From: an uncultured Thermotogaceae bacterium
GTDB taxonomy: Bacteria; Thermotogota; Thermotogae; MWEM01
Direction of reading: 5' to 3'
Assembly: GCA_964580185.1 (NCBI GenBank)
Contig: CAZOJQ010000008.1
Location: forward strand, 2,426 to 66,425
DNA length: 64,000 bases
Below are positions 19,633 through 29,700 of this stretch, piece by piece. The notes under the pieces are model-generated. The model did not search any database and had not been told where the DNA came from. It saw only the letters and a list, made by a program, of their open reading frames with translations. A program made the translations under genes and the position numbers. The first letter of the stretch is position 1; each line of letters opens with the position of its first letter.

Positions 19633-20235
19633 TTACGGATTCTTCTTCTTCTCTGTTAGTCTTTTTTCCTCTCCTTTGATCAAACGCTGGATATTTTTTT
19701 TGTGCCGGAATACCGAGAGCAAGGTCAAGCCCAAAAACAGAAAAAAGTAAGAGAGATCAGAGAAAAGGAATAGAGAAGAAATCGTTGCTAAAATCATACC
19801 ACTCATTGTGGAAAGAGAGACCAAACGGGTTTTTGCAAAGAGCAGCAACGAACTTCCCAAAAAAATCGAACCTGCAATCGGGCTGAGCGCAAAGAAGACT
19901 CCCATTGTTGAAGCAACCCCTTTGCCCGATCGAAATCGGAGAAAGAGGGAAAAGTCATGGCCAATGACGCCAGCAATCGAAGAGATAAATAATAGTGGTT
20001 TTGCTGGTTGGAACACAAGTTGCAGGATCACTAAAGGGACAAGAACTTTGCAGCAGTCCATAACAATGCACATGACCGCAACTTTCCAACCAGAGGCTCG
20101 GAAGGCATTGGTTGCTCCAACATTTCCACTTCCTACCTTCCGAACATCCACTCCTTTTACCCAATACGGGATAATGAAACTGAATGGAATTGAACCACAG
20201 ACGTACATAATTATTGCCCAAATCACTTCAGTCAT
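19633..20235 (-). CDS. plsY: Glycerol-3-phosphate acyltransferase PlsY
   Basis: 200-aa polytopic membrane protein with PlsY motifs (GSGNVGATNAFR). Sits directly downstream of der in the conserved der-plsY arrangement. Confidence 0.8.
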   Translation of the reverse strand: MTEVIWAIIMYVCGSIPFSFIIPYWVKGVDVRKVGSGNVGATNAFRASGWKVAVMCIVMDCCKVLVPLVILQLVFQPAKPLLFISSIAGVIGHDFSLFLRFRSGKGVASTMGVFFALSPIAGSIFLGSSLLLFAKTRLVSLSTMSGMILATISSLFLFSDLSYFFLFLGLTLLSVFRHKKNIQRLIKGEEKRLTEKKKNP

Positions 20236-21602
20236 ATCGGCCTCCGAGCCATAAACTTCAAGAAGAGGGGGGACCCCAAACCCATCGAAAGATATTTGCG
20301 AAGCCCTCTCTTTAAGGTTTTTTTGTATGTATCGGGGATCTCGGATGGATCGTTAACATAGATTGAAATAATGGGTGGTCCCACTGATACTTGGGTGGCA
20401 TAGTACAGCTTGAGGAATTTTTTCCCGCTTCGGGGGGGCGGAGCGATCGTCTTTACTTTTTCTAAGGCTGAGTTTATGGCTCCTGTTGAGAAAGAGGATT
20501 GGAACGATCGATACGCTTCCTCAATATGAGTGAAGAGTAGATCGAGCCCTTGTTTTTTCAATGCGGAGACGAACGCAATCAAGCTATAGTCAATGAAGTG
20601 GAACCGCTGTTGCACCATCTTTTCCATGGTTTTCAAACCAGGATGGGGAATGGTGTCAGATAGATCCATTTTGTTGATCGCAATAATGCTTGCTTTCCCT
20701 GCATTTTCGATGATGCCCGCAATTTTCAGGTCTTGGTCGGTGATGCCTTCAGAAAAATCGATGACCAGTATACATACATCAGCTCGTTGAATGGCTTTTT
20801 GGGCTCTGAGAAAACCATAGCTTTCGATCGTATACTTCTCAACCCGCGAACGCCTCCTCATGCCTGCCGTATCAATAAAAAGCACTTCTTTCCCCTGCCA
20901 TCGGACAAGGTCGTCGATGGAGTCTCTTGTCGTCCCTGGTATGGAAGTGACCAACGCGCGGTCTTTCCCGAGGATCGCGTTAAACATCGAAGATTTCCCG
21001 GAGTTTGGCTTACCCACGATTGCTACTTTGATGCAAGGGTTGGAGGGATTAGGAACAGCAACTAAAGCGCTATCTGATTGTTCAACGGTTTCTTTGCGCT
21101 CCAGAAGAATCTCGGAAATTTGGTCTTTTAGATCCTGCAAACCCATATTATGAGCTGCAGAGATCATTATCGGCTCTCCCATTCCCAATTCATACAATGC
21201 CGATCGACTCGGTTCCGTTTTCTTGTCGCTTTCCGATTTATTGGCTACGAAAAGAAACGAATACCCACCCTTGCGAATAATCTCGGCGTAGTCGTGATCT
21301 TCCTGGGTGGGTAGTTCTTGCGCGCTTACCACAAACAAAAGCAAATCCGCTTCATCGAGGATTTCAATGGTTCTCTGACGCATCTTGGACTCTATCTCCC
21401 CTTGAGGCCGGGAGAACAAACCACAAGTATCGACAAAACGAACCTCAGCACCATCAATGATCGCTTCACCATAAACTGCGTCTCGAGTCACTCCAGGGGT
21501 ATCATCCGTAATGGCCTTGTTCTTTCGAATGAGTTTGTTGAATAGACTTGATTTCCCCACATTGGGTTTTCCAACGATCATTACGGTAAACAAAGAGTTC
21601 AC
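20232..21602 (-). CDS. der: Ribosome biogenesis GTPase Der (EngA)
   Basis: Two tandem GTPase domains (GKPNVGKSSLFN and GKPNSGKSSMFN) plus a C-terminal KH-like domain. Confidence 0.9.
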   Translation of the reverse strand: MNSLFTVMIVGKPNVGKSSLFNKLIRKNKAITDDTPGVTRDAVYGEAIIDGAEVRFVDTCGLFSRPQGEIESKMRQRTIEILDEADLLLFVVSAQELPTQEDHDYAEIIRKGGYSFLFVANKSESDKKTEPSRSALYELGMGEPIMISAAHNMGLQDLKDQISEILLERKETVEQSDSALVAVPNPSNPCIKVAIVGKPNSGKSSMFNAILGKDRALVTSIPGTTRDSIDDLVRWQGKEVLFIDTAGMRRRSRVEKYTIESYGFLRAQKAIQRADVCILVIDFSEGITDQDLKIAGIIENAGKASIIAINKMDLSDTIPHPGLKTMEKMVQQRFHFIDYSLIAFVSALKKQGLDLLFTHIEEAYRSFQSSFSTGAINSALEKVKTIAPPPRSGKKFLKLYYATQVSVGPPIISIYVNDPSEIPDTYKKTLKRGLRKYLSMGLGSPLFLKFMARRPI

Positions 21603-23512
21603 CCCTGTTGTTGGGTTTGATCCAATGGTTGTTGATCTTCCTCCGAAACCTGATCCGCTGGGACCTGATCCGTTGGAACCTGATCCGTTGGAACCTGATC
21701 CGTTGAGGCCTGTTCCGATTCGCTTGCTTGATCCGAAGGGTTGTCTTCGGATCGTTCGTGCGCTCTTTGCTCTTGGATCTTTTCCTTAGCCTCTTTTTCC
21801 TTTTGCTTCTCTTGAACCATTTCAGCAAGGCTCATTTCTGAGTCGGCGGGGTTCAGATACTGTTCATAATCATCGTCTTCATCGTGGGATTCCGATGGAT
21901 CCGATGGATCTTGTTTTAACTGCTTGATGGAAATTACCATATTGCGCCGATCTTTATCTTCATCGATAATCAACCGAACAACAGCCGCTTCGATAGGATC
22001 TCCAACTTTGAGAACATCCGCCGGTCGCTCCACGCGTTCTGTGGATATTTGAGAGACGGGAAGAAAGGCTTCGACTTCATAGACATCAAGCATACATACT
22101 GCTCCCGATTCAGTCACGCGTAGGACATGCCCTTGAATAACACTTCCCTTTTGAAGCTCATCTTGAACCTTTTTCCATGGATCATCCATTGCTTTCCGGA
22201 TGCTTAATCGAATTTTTTCCTGGTCGGGATTGATTTCGAGCACACGGACGCGAACTGGATCATCAACATGGAAGGCTTCTTCCAAATTGTCCAAAAAATT
22301 CCAGGAAGCTTCGGATACATGGACATACCCGCTGATCCCTTCTTCGAGTTCAACAATTAACCCTGTCGAGAGGATTTTTACGATTTTTCCATCCCATACC
22401 GAACCGATCGAGAACTTTGCGGTTGCGTCTTCCCAAGGATTGCCCCGAACCCGTTTTAGGCTCAATGAAATTTTTCGGTTGGCTTTGTCGATGGATAAGA
22501 TTTCTACCTCGACACGCTCTTCTTCCTGCACAACCGATCGAATGTCGGGTCTTCTTCGAGTCCAAAAGATTTCTGAGGCGTGAACCAATCCTTCCATACC
22601 GGAATCGATCCGTACAACAAATCCAAACGGAAGGATTTTAATGACTTCGCCTTCAACAATCTGACCTGGTTGATACTTTTCGTCGATTTCTTCCCATGGA
22701 TCTTTTTGTAAGCTTTTCAGGCTTAAGGTAACTTTGTGTTTTTCCGAATCCACATTTAGGATTTCGGCTTTCAGTTTTTGGCCAGAACGGAATCGTTTCT
22801 TTGGGTCAACATCCCGATCAAAAGATATTTCCGATCGAGGGATCAATCCAGAAATGGGTCCGATATTCAAAAACACCCCGAAATCTTCGATGTTTTCTAC
22901 CACTCCTTCGATCATTTGACCGGTAGCAATGGAATCAAAAAACTGAGTGATCTCTTCCTGGAACATGGTTTTTCGTGAAAGTACGATATTGGTCTGCCTT
23001 TTTCGCCGTTGACGAAAGTCGATGACTTCAAAATCCATCTTCTGGTTGATCGGATCTTCATTCCGTTTGAACATGGACTGCCCGCCAGGAAGAAAGGCTT
23101 CAACCACATCAAAAACCATGACTGTGTAACCGCCTCGAACCCGTTCTTTCACCGTTCCTTGGACTCTCGTCTGATTGTGATAGGCATCCTGCAACGCTTT
23201 CATAGCATCTCGCACTGCTCTGCTGCGTTCAGAAACCTGGATTCTTCCTTCCTCTTCGTTGATATATGTAACAACTCCATTGATGGTGTCTCCAACTGCA
23301 TAATCGTGTACAGGACGGACCAATTCGGAGGAAGAGATAATCCCTTCGCTCTTTGCCCCCACCTCCACCAGAAGCTCATCTTGTAAAATTTGCAGCACTT
23401 TCACGCTGATCCGATCTCCTCGAGAGGGATTTCCCAAAAAGCCGTTGTCCAGATGTTCAAGGGCTTCTTCCATGTTACTGATTTCCAAAGGTTCTTCTCT
23501 ACCGTCGATCAT
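21599..23512 (-). CDS. rpsA: 30S ribosomal protein S1 with repetitive acidic C-terminal tail
   Basis: Multiple S1 domains (repeated GxV.G.V..I..FG.FV). The C-terminal tail carries a PTDQV repeat. Confidence 0.85.
   Translation of the reverse strand: MIDGREEPLEISNMEEALEHLDNGFLGNPSRGDRISVKVLQILQDELLVEVGAKSEGIISSSELVRPVHDYAVGDTINGVVTYINEEEGRIQVSERSRAVRDAMKALQDAYHNQTRVQGTVKERVRGGYTVMVFDVVEAFLPGGQSMFKRNEDPINQKMDFEVIDFRQRRKRQTNIVLSRKTMFQEEITQFFDSIATGQMIEGVVENIEDFGVFLNIGPISGLIPRSEISFDRDVDPKKRFRSGQKLKAEILNVDSEKHKVTLSLKSLQKDPWEEIDEKYQPGQIVEGEVIKILPFGFVVRIDSGMEGLVHASEIFWTRRRPDIRSVVQEEERVEVEILSIDKANRKISLSLKRVRGNPWEDATAKFSIGSVWDGKIVKILSTGLIVELEEGISGYVHVSEASWNFLDNLEEAFHVDDPVRVRVLEINPDQEKIRLSIRKAMDDPWKKVQDELQKGSVIQGHVLRVTESGAVCMLDVYEVEAFLPVSQISTERVERPADVLKVGDPIEAAVVRLIIDEDKDRRNMVISIKQLKQDPSDPSESHDEDDDYEQYLNPADSEMSLAEMVQEKQKEKEAKEKIQEQRAHERSEDNPSDQASESEQASTDQVPTDQVPTDQVPADQVSEEDQQPLDQTQQQG
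21651..21715. repeat. In-frame 15-bp tandem repeat (CCTGATCCGTTGGAA x ~4) inside the rpsA 3' end
   Basis: Read directly from the sequence. Encodes PTDQV x4 on the minus strand. Confidence 0.85.
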
Positions 23513-23518
23513 CTTAGT

Positions 23519-24409
23519 TCAACCTCCTGTATTTCTCAGAATGATTTCCTGCGTCATCCGCACATCTTGTGCGGATGTCGATGTACCGCTAATGATTCCA
23601 TAAGAAGTATTCGGTCTCATTTGCTTGCAATGAATGCGAATCTCTTCTGGGTGTTCAATATGGATGGGTTCATCCAGATGAGCCCGGGCAATCTCGACGA
23701 GTTTTCGGGTATTGGAGCTGTTCTTTCCGCCCACAACGATAACCCCGTCCAGTTCCCGAGCCATTTTTTGAACCTCTTTTTGACGATCTCGTGATATGGG
23801 ACATATTGTATTGAAAACTAGTAGGCTCTGAAATGGTTTAAGGGACTGAATCATCCAGAGCGCGACGGATCGAAAATCTTGTTCTGAAACGGTAGTTTGC
23901 GATAAAAGAGCAAGACTCTGATTCAGATCTTTTAGATTCCAATGGGCTTGCAGCATATCCAAACTTTCGATCACTCGAATCCCTGGAGCATAACCCATAA
24001 GAGCTTGCATCTCCGGATGACGAGAGGTTCCAAGAACAAATCCATCATACTGTCGGCTTTGAAGGTTCTGGGCTTGTCGGAACAACTGCTTCACAATGGG
24101 ACAAGTTAAATCCACAAGCTTCGCCGCTCTTTTTTTGAGGTCCAAAAAAACCGATGGGGAAACTCCATGGGCTCGGATTAGTACAGTTTTGCCGCTTAAG
24201 TCCGCACAATGATCAGAATCCAATACCTCAAGGCCAAGGGCAACAAGAGAATGCATTACCGATGGATTATGCACCAACTCTCCGGTAACGCAAACCTGTT
24301 CTCCTTGATCAAGAAGCGTCTTGGCTGTATCAACCGCTTTTTGCACACCGGAACAAAACCCGATACTATGGGCCAAATGCGTGTTGACTATGGTGATTTT
24401 CCTTTCCAT
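23519..24409 (-). CDS. ispH: 4-hydroxy-3-methylbut-2-enyl diphosphate reductase IspH (LytB)
   Basis: Three conserved cysteine motifs: GFCSGV, TCPIV and NTICPIS. 296 aa. Confidence 0.85.
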   Translation of the reverse strand: MERKITIVNTHLAHSIGFCSGVQKAVDTAKTLLDQGEQVCVTGELVHNPSVMHSLVALGLEVLDSDHCADLSGKTVLIRAHGVSPSVFLDLKKRAAKLVDLTCPIVKQLFRQAQNLQSRQYDGFVLGTSRHPEMQALMGYAPGIRVIESLDMLQAHWNLKDLNQSLALLSQTTVSEQDFRSVALWMIQSLKPFQSLLVFNTICPISRDRQKEVQKMARELDGVIVVGGKNSSNTRKLVEIARAHLDEPIHIEHPEEIRIHCKQMRPNTSYGIISGTSTSAQDVRMTQEIILRNTGG

Positions 24410-25062
24410 ATCGCATCAACCCAAATCCCGATCGTCGCTATCACTTCTTCCAAAGTCAGATCGGTTGTGTCCAACACAACAGCGTCTTCTGCGGGTTTTA
24501 ACGGGGCGTGAAGCCTTTGGCTATCCCGTTCGTCCCGTTCTTTGAGCTCTTCCATTGTCTCTTCAAACGATCTTTGGATGCCTTCTTGCTCCCATTCTTT
24601 GCATCTTCGAAGCGCTCTTTCCTCCAAAGAGGCTTCCAAGAACACCTTAAGGTCCGCTTCGGGAAAAACAACAGTACCGATATCTCTACCCTCCATCACA
24701 ATGGTCTTGCCGGATGCCATATCTCGGATCGATTGATTGACTTTTTCACGGACTTCCGGGTATGAAGACACAGGTGAAGCCCATTTTCCTACCTCAGGGG
24801 TTCGTATTTCCTCTCCCACTTTTTTTTCGTTCAAAAAAAGGCAGTTTTCCTCAAAGGAAAAAGAAATGCTTTCCAACAGGGGAATCCATTCAGAAGGGTC
24901 CGATTCGATCACGCTTTGATTCATGAGGAATAGGGCGATGCTTCGATATAGAGCGCCACTATCGAAATGGGTAAAAGAAAACCGCTCCGCGAGCTTTTGC
25001 GCAACTGTGCTTTTTCCACTTCCTGCCGGGCCATCTATGGCCAAGCAAAACGCTGGGTTCAT
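24388..25062 (-). CDS. cmk: Cytidylate kinase
   Basis: P-loop AIDGPAGSGKST and the cmk-rpsA neighbourhood. 224 aa. Confidence 0.85.
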   Translation of the reverse strand: MNPAFCLAIDGPAGSGKSTVAQKLAERFSFTHFDSGALYRSIALFLMNQSVIESDPSEWIPLLESISFSFEENCLFLNEKKVGEEIRTPEVGKWASPVSSYPEVREKVNQSIRDMASGKTIVMEGRDIGTVVFPEADLKVFLEASLEERALRRCKEWEQEGIQRSFEETMEELKERDERDSQRLHAPLKPAEDAVVLDTTDLTLEEVIATIGIWVDAIWKGKSP

Positions 25063-25394
25063 TTCAACCCTTCCTCCATAGTATCCATAATGGTAAATAT
25101 TTTATCCAGGCGGGTCATCTCGAAAATTCTCCTGATATTTTGCCGCATACCGACCAGTTTGAGCGTCTTCTTATAGTTACGAGTTTCCCGTAAGACGGAC
25201 ACGAGCGTTCCCAAACCGGCGCTATCAATATAGGGCACCATAGACAGATCCAACAGAAGAGTGGGACAATCACCCCGGATGTGATCCTCCAAATTTTCTT
25301 TGAGTTTTGGGGAGTGATATGCGTCAATATCACCAATGATACGGACGACCACAGCATCCTCCATTTCCTGAACTTGGAATGAAATCTCGTTCAT
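25059..25394 (-). CDS. STAS-domain anti-sigma factor antagonist (SpoIIAA-like)
   Basis: 111 aa with the family motif YIDSAGLGTLV. Confidence 0.7.
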   Translation of the reverse strand: MNEISFQVQEMEDAVVVRIIGDIDAYHSPKLKENLEDHIRGDCPTLLLDLSMVPYIDSAGLGTLVSVLRETRNYKKTLKLVGMRQNIRRIFEMTRLDKIFTIMDTMEEGLK

Positions 25395-27181
25395 GATACT
25401 CCCTCCTTTGATGGTCTTCGGTTTGAAAGAACTTCCAACCCCAATATGCGAAGCTGGTCTTCAGGAACTTCTGAAGGCGCGCCAGTCATTAGGCAGGTCC
25501 CTGTTGTTGTTTTCGGAAAAGCGATCACTTCGCGAATGTAGTCTTCACCAGCCATTAATGCGACGAGCCGATCCAAACCCAAAGCACATCCCGCATGAGG
25601 GGGAGTTCCATATAAAAATGCTTCCAGAAGAAACCCAAACTTATCCTTTTGGTCGCTTTCATCCAATCCCAAAAGGGTAAAAACCTTCTTTTGGGTTTCG
25701 GTTTCGTGGATCCGAACGCTTCCACCACCAAGCTCCCATCCATTCATTACCACATCGTAGGCATGCGCGTGAATCCGTAACGGATCTTGATGATTCCAAC
25801 GATCAAATTCCTCCATAACGGGAAGGGTAAAAGGATGGTGCTCAGCGACATATCGTTTGGATTCCTCGTCGTAGTGAAACATAGGGAACCGATTCACCCA
25901 TAAGAAGGCGTCGGTTTGACCGCTGGTTTTCTTTTCTTTTTTTGCGATATGCGTCCTTAAAGCGCCTAATGCGGTATTGACAGTTTCCTTTTCCCCCATG
26001 ATCAGAAACGCAATGGCCCCTTGGCTTATATTCATCCGCTCAGCGAGAGAACGCAGCAATTCAGGGCTGAAGTATTTCTGGAAGGAGGACTGGATCCCCT
26101 CGTTTCCGTATTTCAGAGTCATCAACCCACCGGCTTCATATTGCCGAACGAAGGTTTCCAGCTCGGTAATGGTTTTCCGGGAATAGGCATTTCCATTTTC
26201 CGGAAGGGTGAATCCCTTGACAACGCCTCCTTGATGAAGGATGTCCTTCGCGATCGCGAAGGAAGATTCCTGGAAATACTCCGATACTTCTTGGAGTTTC
26301 ATGTCATAGCGGAGGTCGGGTTTGTCTGTACCATAATCATTCATCGCTTGTTCGAATGAGATGATGGGGAATGGACGAGGAATCTCGATCCCTTTCACTT
26401 CACGAAAGACTTGGGCAAGCATCGCTTCCGTTACATCCATTACATCTTCTTCTGTAGCAAAGGACATCTCATAGTCGATCTGAGTAAACTCTGGCTGTCG
26501 ATCGGCGCGGAGATCTTCGTCCCGAAAGCATTTCGCGATCTGATAATATCGGTCGGTCCCAGCAATCATCAACAGTTGTTTGAGAATTTGCGGGGATTGA
26601 GGAAGCGCGTAGACCTTTCCGGGTTTCATCCGCGAAGGAACCAAATAGTCCCGAGCGCCTTCCGGTGTACTCTTGTTCAGGATCGGGGTTTCGATATCGA
26701 GAAATCCTTCCCGATTAAAGAAATCCCGAATTGCGTGGGTTACCTGATGACGCAGGATGAGATTTTTTTGCATTCGGGGTTTCCGCAGATCCAAGTATCG
26801 ATATCGCAACCGCATTTCTTCGGTAACATCTTCTTCTTTATTCGTATAGATGGGGGGTGTTGCTGCTTTGGACAAAAGCTCGACTTCATAGGCGAGCACT
26901 TCGATTTCCCCAGTGAGCATTTCGGGATTGCGCGCTTCTTGGGGCCGTTCTATGACCTTTCCCTGCACGCAAACCACGTCTTCCCCACGCAAGGAAGCGG
27001 CCAGATCATAGGATCGAGTATCAGGATGCACCGTGATTTGTGTGATCCCATACCGATCCCGCAAGGAAAAAAAGATGATCCCTCCAAGATTGCGAATTCG
27101 ATCGATCCATCCGTTCAGTACAACTGTGCTCCCTGCTTCGGTTCGTTGTAGTTCCCCGCATGTATGCGTCCGCTTTTTCAT
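25391..27181 (-). CDS. aspS: Aspartate--tRNA ligase
   Basis: N-terminal OB anticodon-binding domain, class II motifs (FRDEDLRADRQPEFTQID, GGGSVRIH), and 596 aa including the GAD insertion. Confidence 0.9.
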   Translation of the reverse strand: MKKRTHTCGELQRTEAGSTVVLNGWIDRIRNLGGIIFFSLRDRYGITQITVHPDTRSYDLAASLRGEDVVCVQGKVIERPQEARNPEMLTGEIEVLAYEVELLSKAATPPIYTNKEEDVTEEMRLRYRYLDLRKPRMQKNLILRHQVTHAIRDFFNREGFLDIETPILNKSTPEGARDYLVPSRMKPGKVYALPQSPQILKQLLMIAGTDRYYQIAKCFRDEDLRADRQPEFTQIDYEMSFATEEDVMDVTEAMLAQVFREVKGIEIPRPFPIISFEQAMNDYGTDKPDLRYDMKLQEVSEYFQESSFAIAKDILHQGGVVKGFTLPENGNAYSRKTITELETFVRQYEAGGLMTLKYGNEGIQSSFQKYFSPELLRSLAERMNISQGAIAFLIMGEKETVNTALGALRTHIAKKEKKTSGQTDAFLWVNRFPMFHYDEESKRYVAEHHPFTLPVMEEFDRWNHQDPLRIHAHAYDVVMNGWELGGGSVRIHETETQKKVFTLLGLDESDQKDKFGFLLEAFLYGTPPHAGCALGLDRLVALMAGEDYIREVIAFPKTTTGTCLMTGAPSEVPEDQLRILGLEVLSNRRPSKEGVS

Positions 27182-27188
27182 GATCTGT

Positions 27189-27656
27189 TCATTCCTTCAT
27201 TTTCTCGGATGCCTTTCTCACGGCATTCTCAATTTTGACGTATCCTGTACAGCGACAAAGGTTGCCTTCCAGTCCTTTTCGGATTTCTTGAGTACTGGGA
27301 TTGGGGTTATGGTCCAAAAGTGCCTTAGTGGCCAGAATTATCCCCGGCGTGCAAAACCCGCATTGAACAGCTCCTTCATCAATAAACGATTGCTGAATTG
27401 GATGAAGACCCTGGTCTGTTCCAAGTCCTTCGATTGTTTGGATTTCTTTCCCGTCGAGCTGAGCGGCCAGAAGCAGACAAGAACAAACCGCTTCGCCATT
27501 CATAAGGATCGTGCATGCCCCACACTCGCCTTCTCCGCACCCTTCTTTGACACCAGTGAGAGAAAGGGACTCTCTGAGAAAATCCAAAGCCCTCAGATCA
27601 TCGGGAACATCCGCCTCCTGGTTTTTTCCATTGATCCGAAATTGGATGGGGATCAT
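27189..27656 (-). CDS. (2Fe-2S)-binding protein, CoxS/XdhC small-subunit family of molybdopterin hydroxylases
   Basis: Two cluster motifs: CGEGECGAC..C (plant-type) and CGFCTPG...CRCTGY. 155 aa. Confidence 0.8.
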   Translation of the reverse strand: MIPIQFRINGKNQEADVPDDLRALDFLRESLSLTGVKEGCGEGECGACTILMNGEAVCSCLLLAAQLDGKEIQTIEGLGTDQGLHPIQQSFIDEGAVQCGFCTPGIILATKALLDHNPNPSTQEIRKGLEGNLCRCTGYVKIENAVRKASEKMKE

Positions 27657-27669
27657 CGAATCGGACTCC

Positions 27670-28044
27670 TCACTCCTGGATCATTTTCAGATACGCGTCT
27701 TTGTCCATCAATCCTTCAATCTGTCCGGGTTGAACCCCTTCCAACCGAATGATCCACCCTTCCCCTTCCGCGTCTTGGTTGATCGTCTCAGGGGATGAAT
27801 CCAAAAGGGTATTAATTTCAACTACTTCTCCGTCAACAGGAGCATATATATCACTCGCTGCTTTCACGGACTCAATAGAACAAACAACCTGCCCTTTTTT
27901 TACTTTTTTTCCCACTTCGGGCAAATCGACATATACCACATCTCCAAGTTCTTCCTGGGCGTGGCTGCTTATTCCAATCGTTGCTCGAGTACCCGACAAC
28001 TCCACCCATTCATGAGATTGCGTATACTTTTTCATGCTATTCAT
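27670..28044 (-). CDS. gcvH: Glycine cleavage system H protein
   Basis: Lipoyl-lysine motif ESVKAASD. 124 aa. Confidence 0.9.
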   Translation of the reverse strand: MNSMKKYTQSHEWVELSGTRATIGISSHAQEELGDVVYVDLPEVGKKVKKGQVVCSIESVKAASDIYAPVDGEVVEINTLLDSSPETINQDAEGEGWIIRLEGVQPGQIEGLMDKDAYLKMIQE

Positions 28045-28055
28045 CCCTTTCTGAT

Positions 28056-29177
28056 TTATGGTGATTTTTTCTTGGTGCGGACACTACCCCGATAGAAGGG
28101 CATCTTGATTACTTTGGCAGGCACCGTTTTGCTTTCGCGAATCATTATCTCGACTTCAGCGCCAACTTTGAAGTCTTTTGGCAGATAGGCCATCGCTAGG
28201 TTTTCACCAACGGACGGGGACTGATTTCCTGAAGTGACCTGTCCGACTTTTTTTCCTTTGAGAGTCACGGCATTGCCTTGCCTTGGTATTCCCCCTTTTT
28301 CAAGAGTTTGAAGGCCTTTCAACCGTTTGTTGACCCCTTCTTCTTTCTGCTGCTTGAGGGCGGAATGGCCGATGAATGGTTTCGAAAGATCCACTGTCCA
28401 TGAAAGTCCCGCTTCCAAAGGGGTTGTTTGCTCATCCAGTTCATGTCCGTACAACATGTAACATGCTTCAAATCGGAGGAGGTCCCGAGCACCGAGTCCA
28501 GCCGGTCTGGCTCCCAACTCGATCAGTTTCCTCCATAAGGGTTTGGCGGCATCCGGATGGAGATAAAACTCAAACCCATCTTCTCCCGTATAACCGGTTC
28601 GAGAAACGATGCATTCAATTCCGTTGATCCGCCCAATGGCAAAGGAATAGAAATCGATCGCGTCCAGCTCAACTCCGGACACAGATTCCAGGAGAGATTG
28701 GGCATTCGGACCTTGCAATGCGATTTGCGCGTAGTCGTTGGAAGCTTCTATTACTTGAACAGCAAACCCTTCGGTCTGAGATCGGATCCATTCAAAGCAT
28801 TTGCTTGTATTGGATGCGTTGACTACCAAAAGGATTTCGTCTTTTCGGATCTTGTATGCGAGAAGGTCATCGATCACGCCACCCTGATTGTTGCAGAGCA
28901 TTGTGTAACAAACTTCCCCGAATTTCATTGTTTCGATATTGTTGGTCAAAAGATGGTTGCAAAAAGAGATCGCATCGGGTCCATTGACTCGAATTTCGCC
29001 CATATGACTGATGTCGAAAAGCCCAGCATTGCTCCGGACGGATCGGACCTCGTCAAGAATGCCGGAATACTGTATTGGCATGCTCCAACCGGCAAAATCG
29101 ACTATTTTGGCACCCAACCTCTTGTGCTCTGGAAATAGGGCTGTTGTCTTGGTCTGAGTGAGATCTTTTTCTGTCAT
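28056..29177 (-). CDS. gcvT: Glycine cleavage system T protein (aminomethyltransferase)
   Basis: 373 aa with the GcvT N-terminal signature (PIQYSG...DISHMG) and a C-terminal barrel. Confidence 0.85.
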   Translation of the reverse strand: MTEKDLTQTKTTALFPEHKRLGAKIVDFAGWSMPIQYSGILDEVRSVRSNAGLFDISHMGEIRVNGPDAISFCNHLLTNNIETMKFGEVCYTMLCNNQGGVIDDLLAYKIRKDEILLVVNASNTSKCFEWIRSQTEGFAVQVIEASNDYAQIALQGPNAQSLLESVSGVELDAIDFYSFAIGRINGIECIVSRTGYTGEDGFEFYLHPDAAKPLWRKLIELGARPAGLGARDLLRFEACYMLYGHELDEQTTPLEAGLSWTVDLSKPFIGHSALKQQKEEGVNKRLKGLQTLEKGGIPRQGNAVTLKGKKVGQVTSGNQSPSVGENLAMAYLPKDFKVGAEVEIMIRESKTVPAKVIKMPFYRGSVRTKKKSP

Positions 29178-29644
29178 GAACCGGAATCCTCCTCCTCATC
29201 ATCGTTTTGTTCTCCACCGATTTCATCTTCACCGTTATGGCTGACAGTAATTTCAATGATATCTTTTGCCTCATCATAACACGAAGAAGGAACCAAGATC
29301 TCCATGGGTACGATCCCTGTTTGCCCCATAATGACCGGTTCTCCAAAGGGTATTGCCAAGCCTTTTAATAGACAGGGGATGCCTGCTGCATCCAATGTTG
29401 ATTTAATGATTTCCGCAGTCATTTCATCCGGTGTTGTTGTCACGGCATACCACTTTTCCATGACACTTTCAAGGTACCTCATATTATCTTTGAGCAATCC
29501 CAAAGCTTTATCATAGTCTTCTTCATCCACCCAGATTTCCACAGGAGTCATTTTTTTCTCTTCAAAGGAAATCCCATTATCTTCCAAGATATCCATCATT
29601 GTTCTTGCTTGTTCTTTGTACTTGAAGAGTTTTAACATTTTCAT
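29174..29644 (-). CDS. Acidic tandem DUF2007-like (putative signal-transducing, PII-like fold) protein
   Basis: Two ~70-aa repeats and an Asp/Glu-rich tail. Overlaps the gcvT start by 4 nt. Family assignment is by resemblance only. Confidence 0.35.
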   Translation of the reverse strand: MKMLKLFKYKEQARTMMDILEDNGISFEEKKMTPVEIWVDEEDYDKALGLLKDNMRYLESVMEKWYAVTTTPDEMTAEIIKSTLDAAGIPCLLKGLAIPFGEPVIMGQTGIVPMEILVPSSCYDEAKDIIEITVSHNGEDEIGGEQNDDEEEDSGS

Positions 29645-29700
29645 CATATCACCTCCTTGATCCAATTATATCACAAGCCTGAATAAAATGGATGTTCCCA

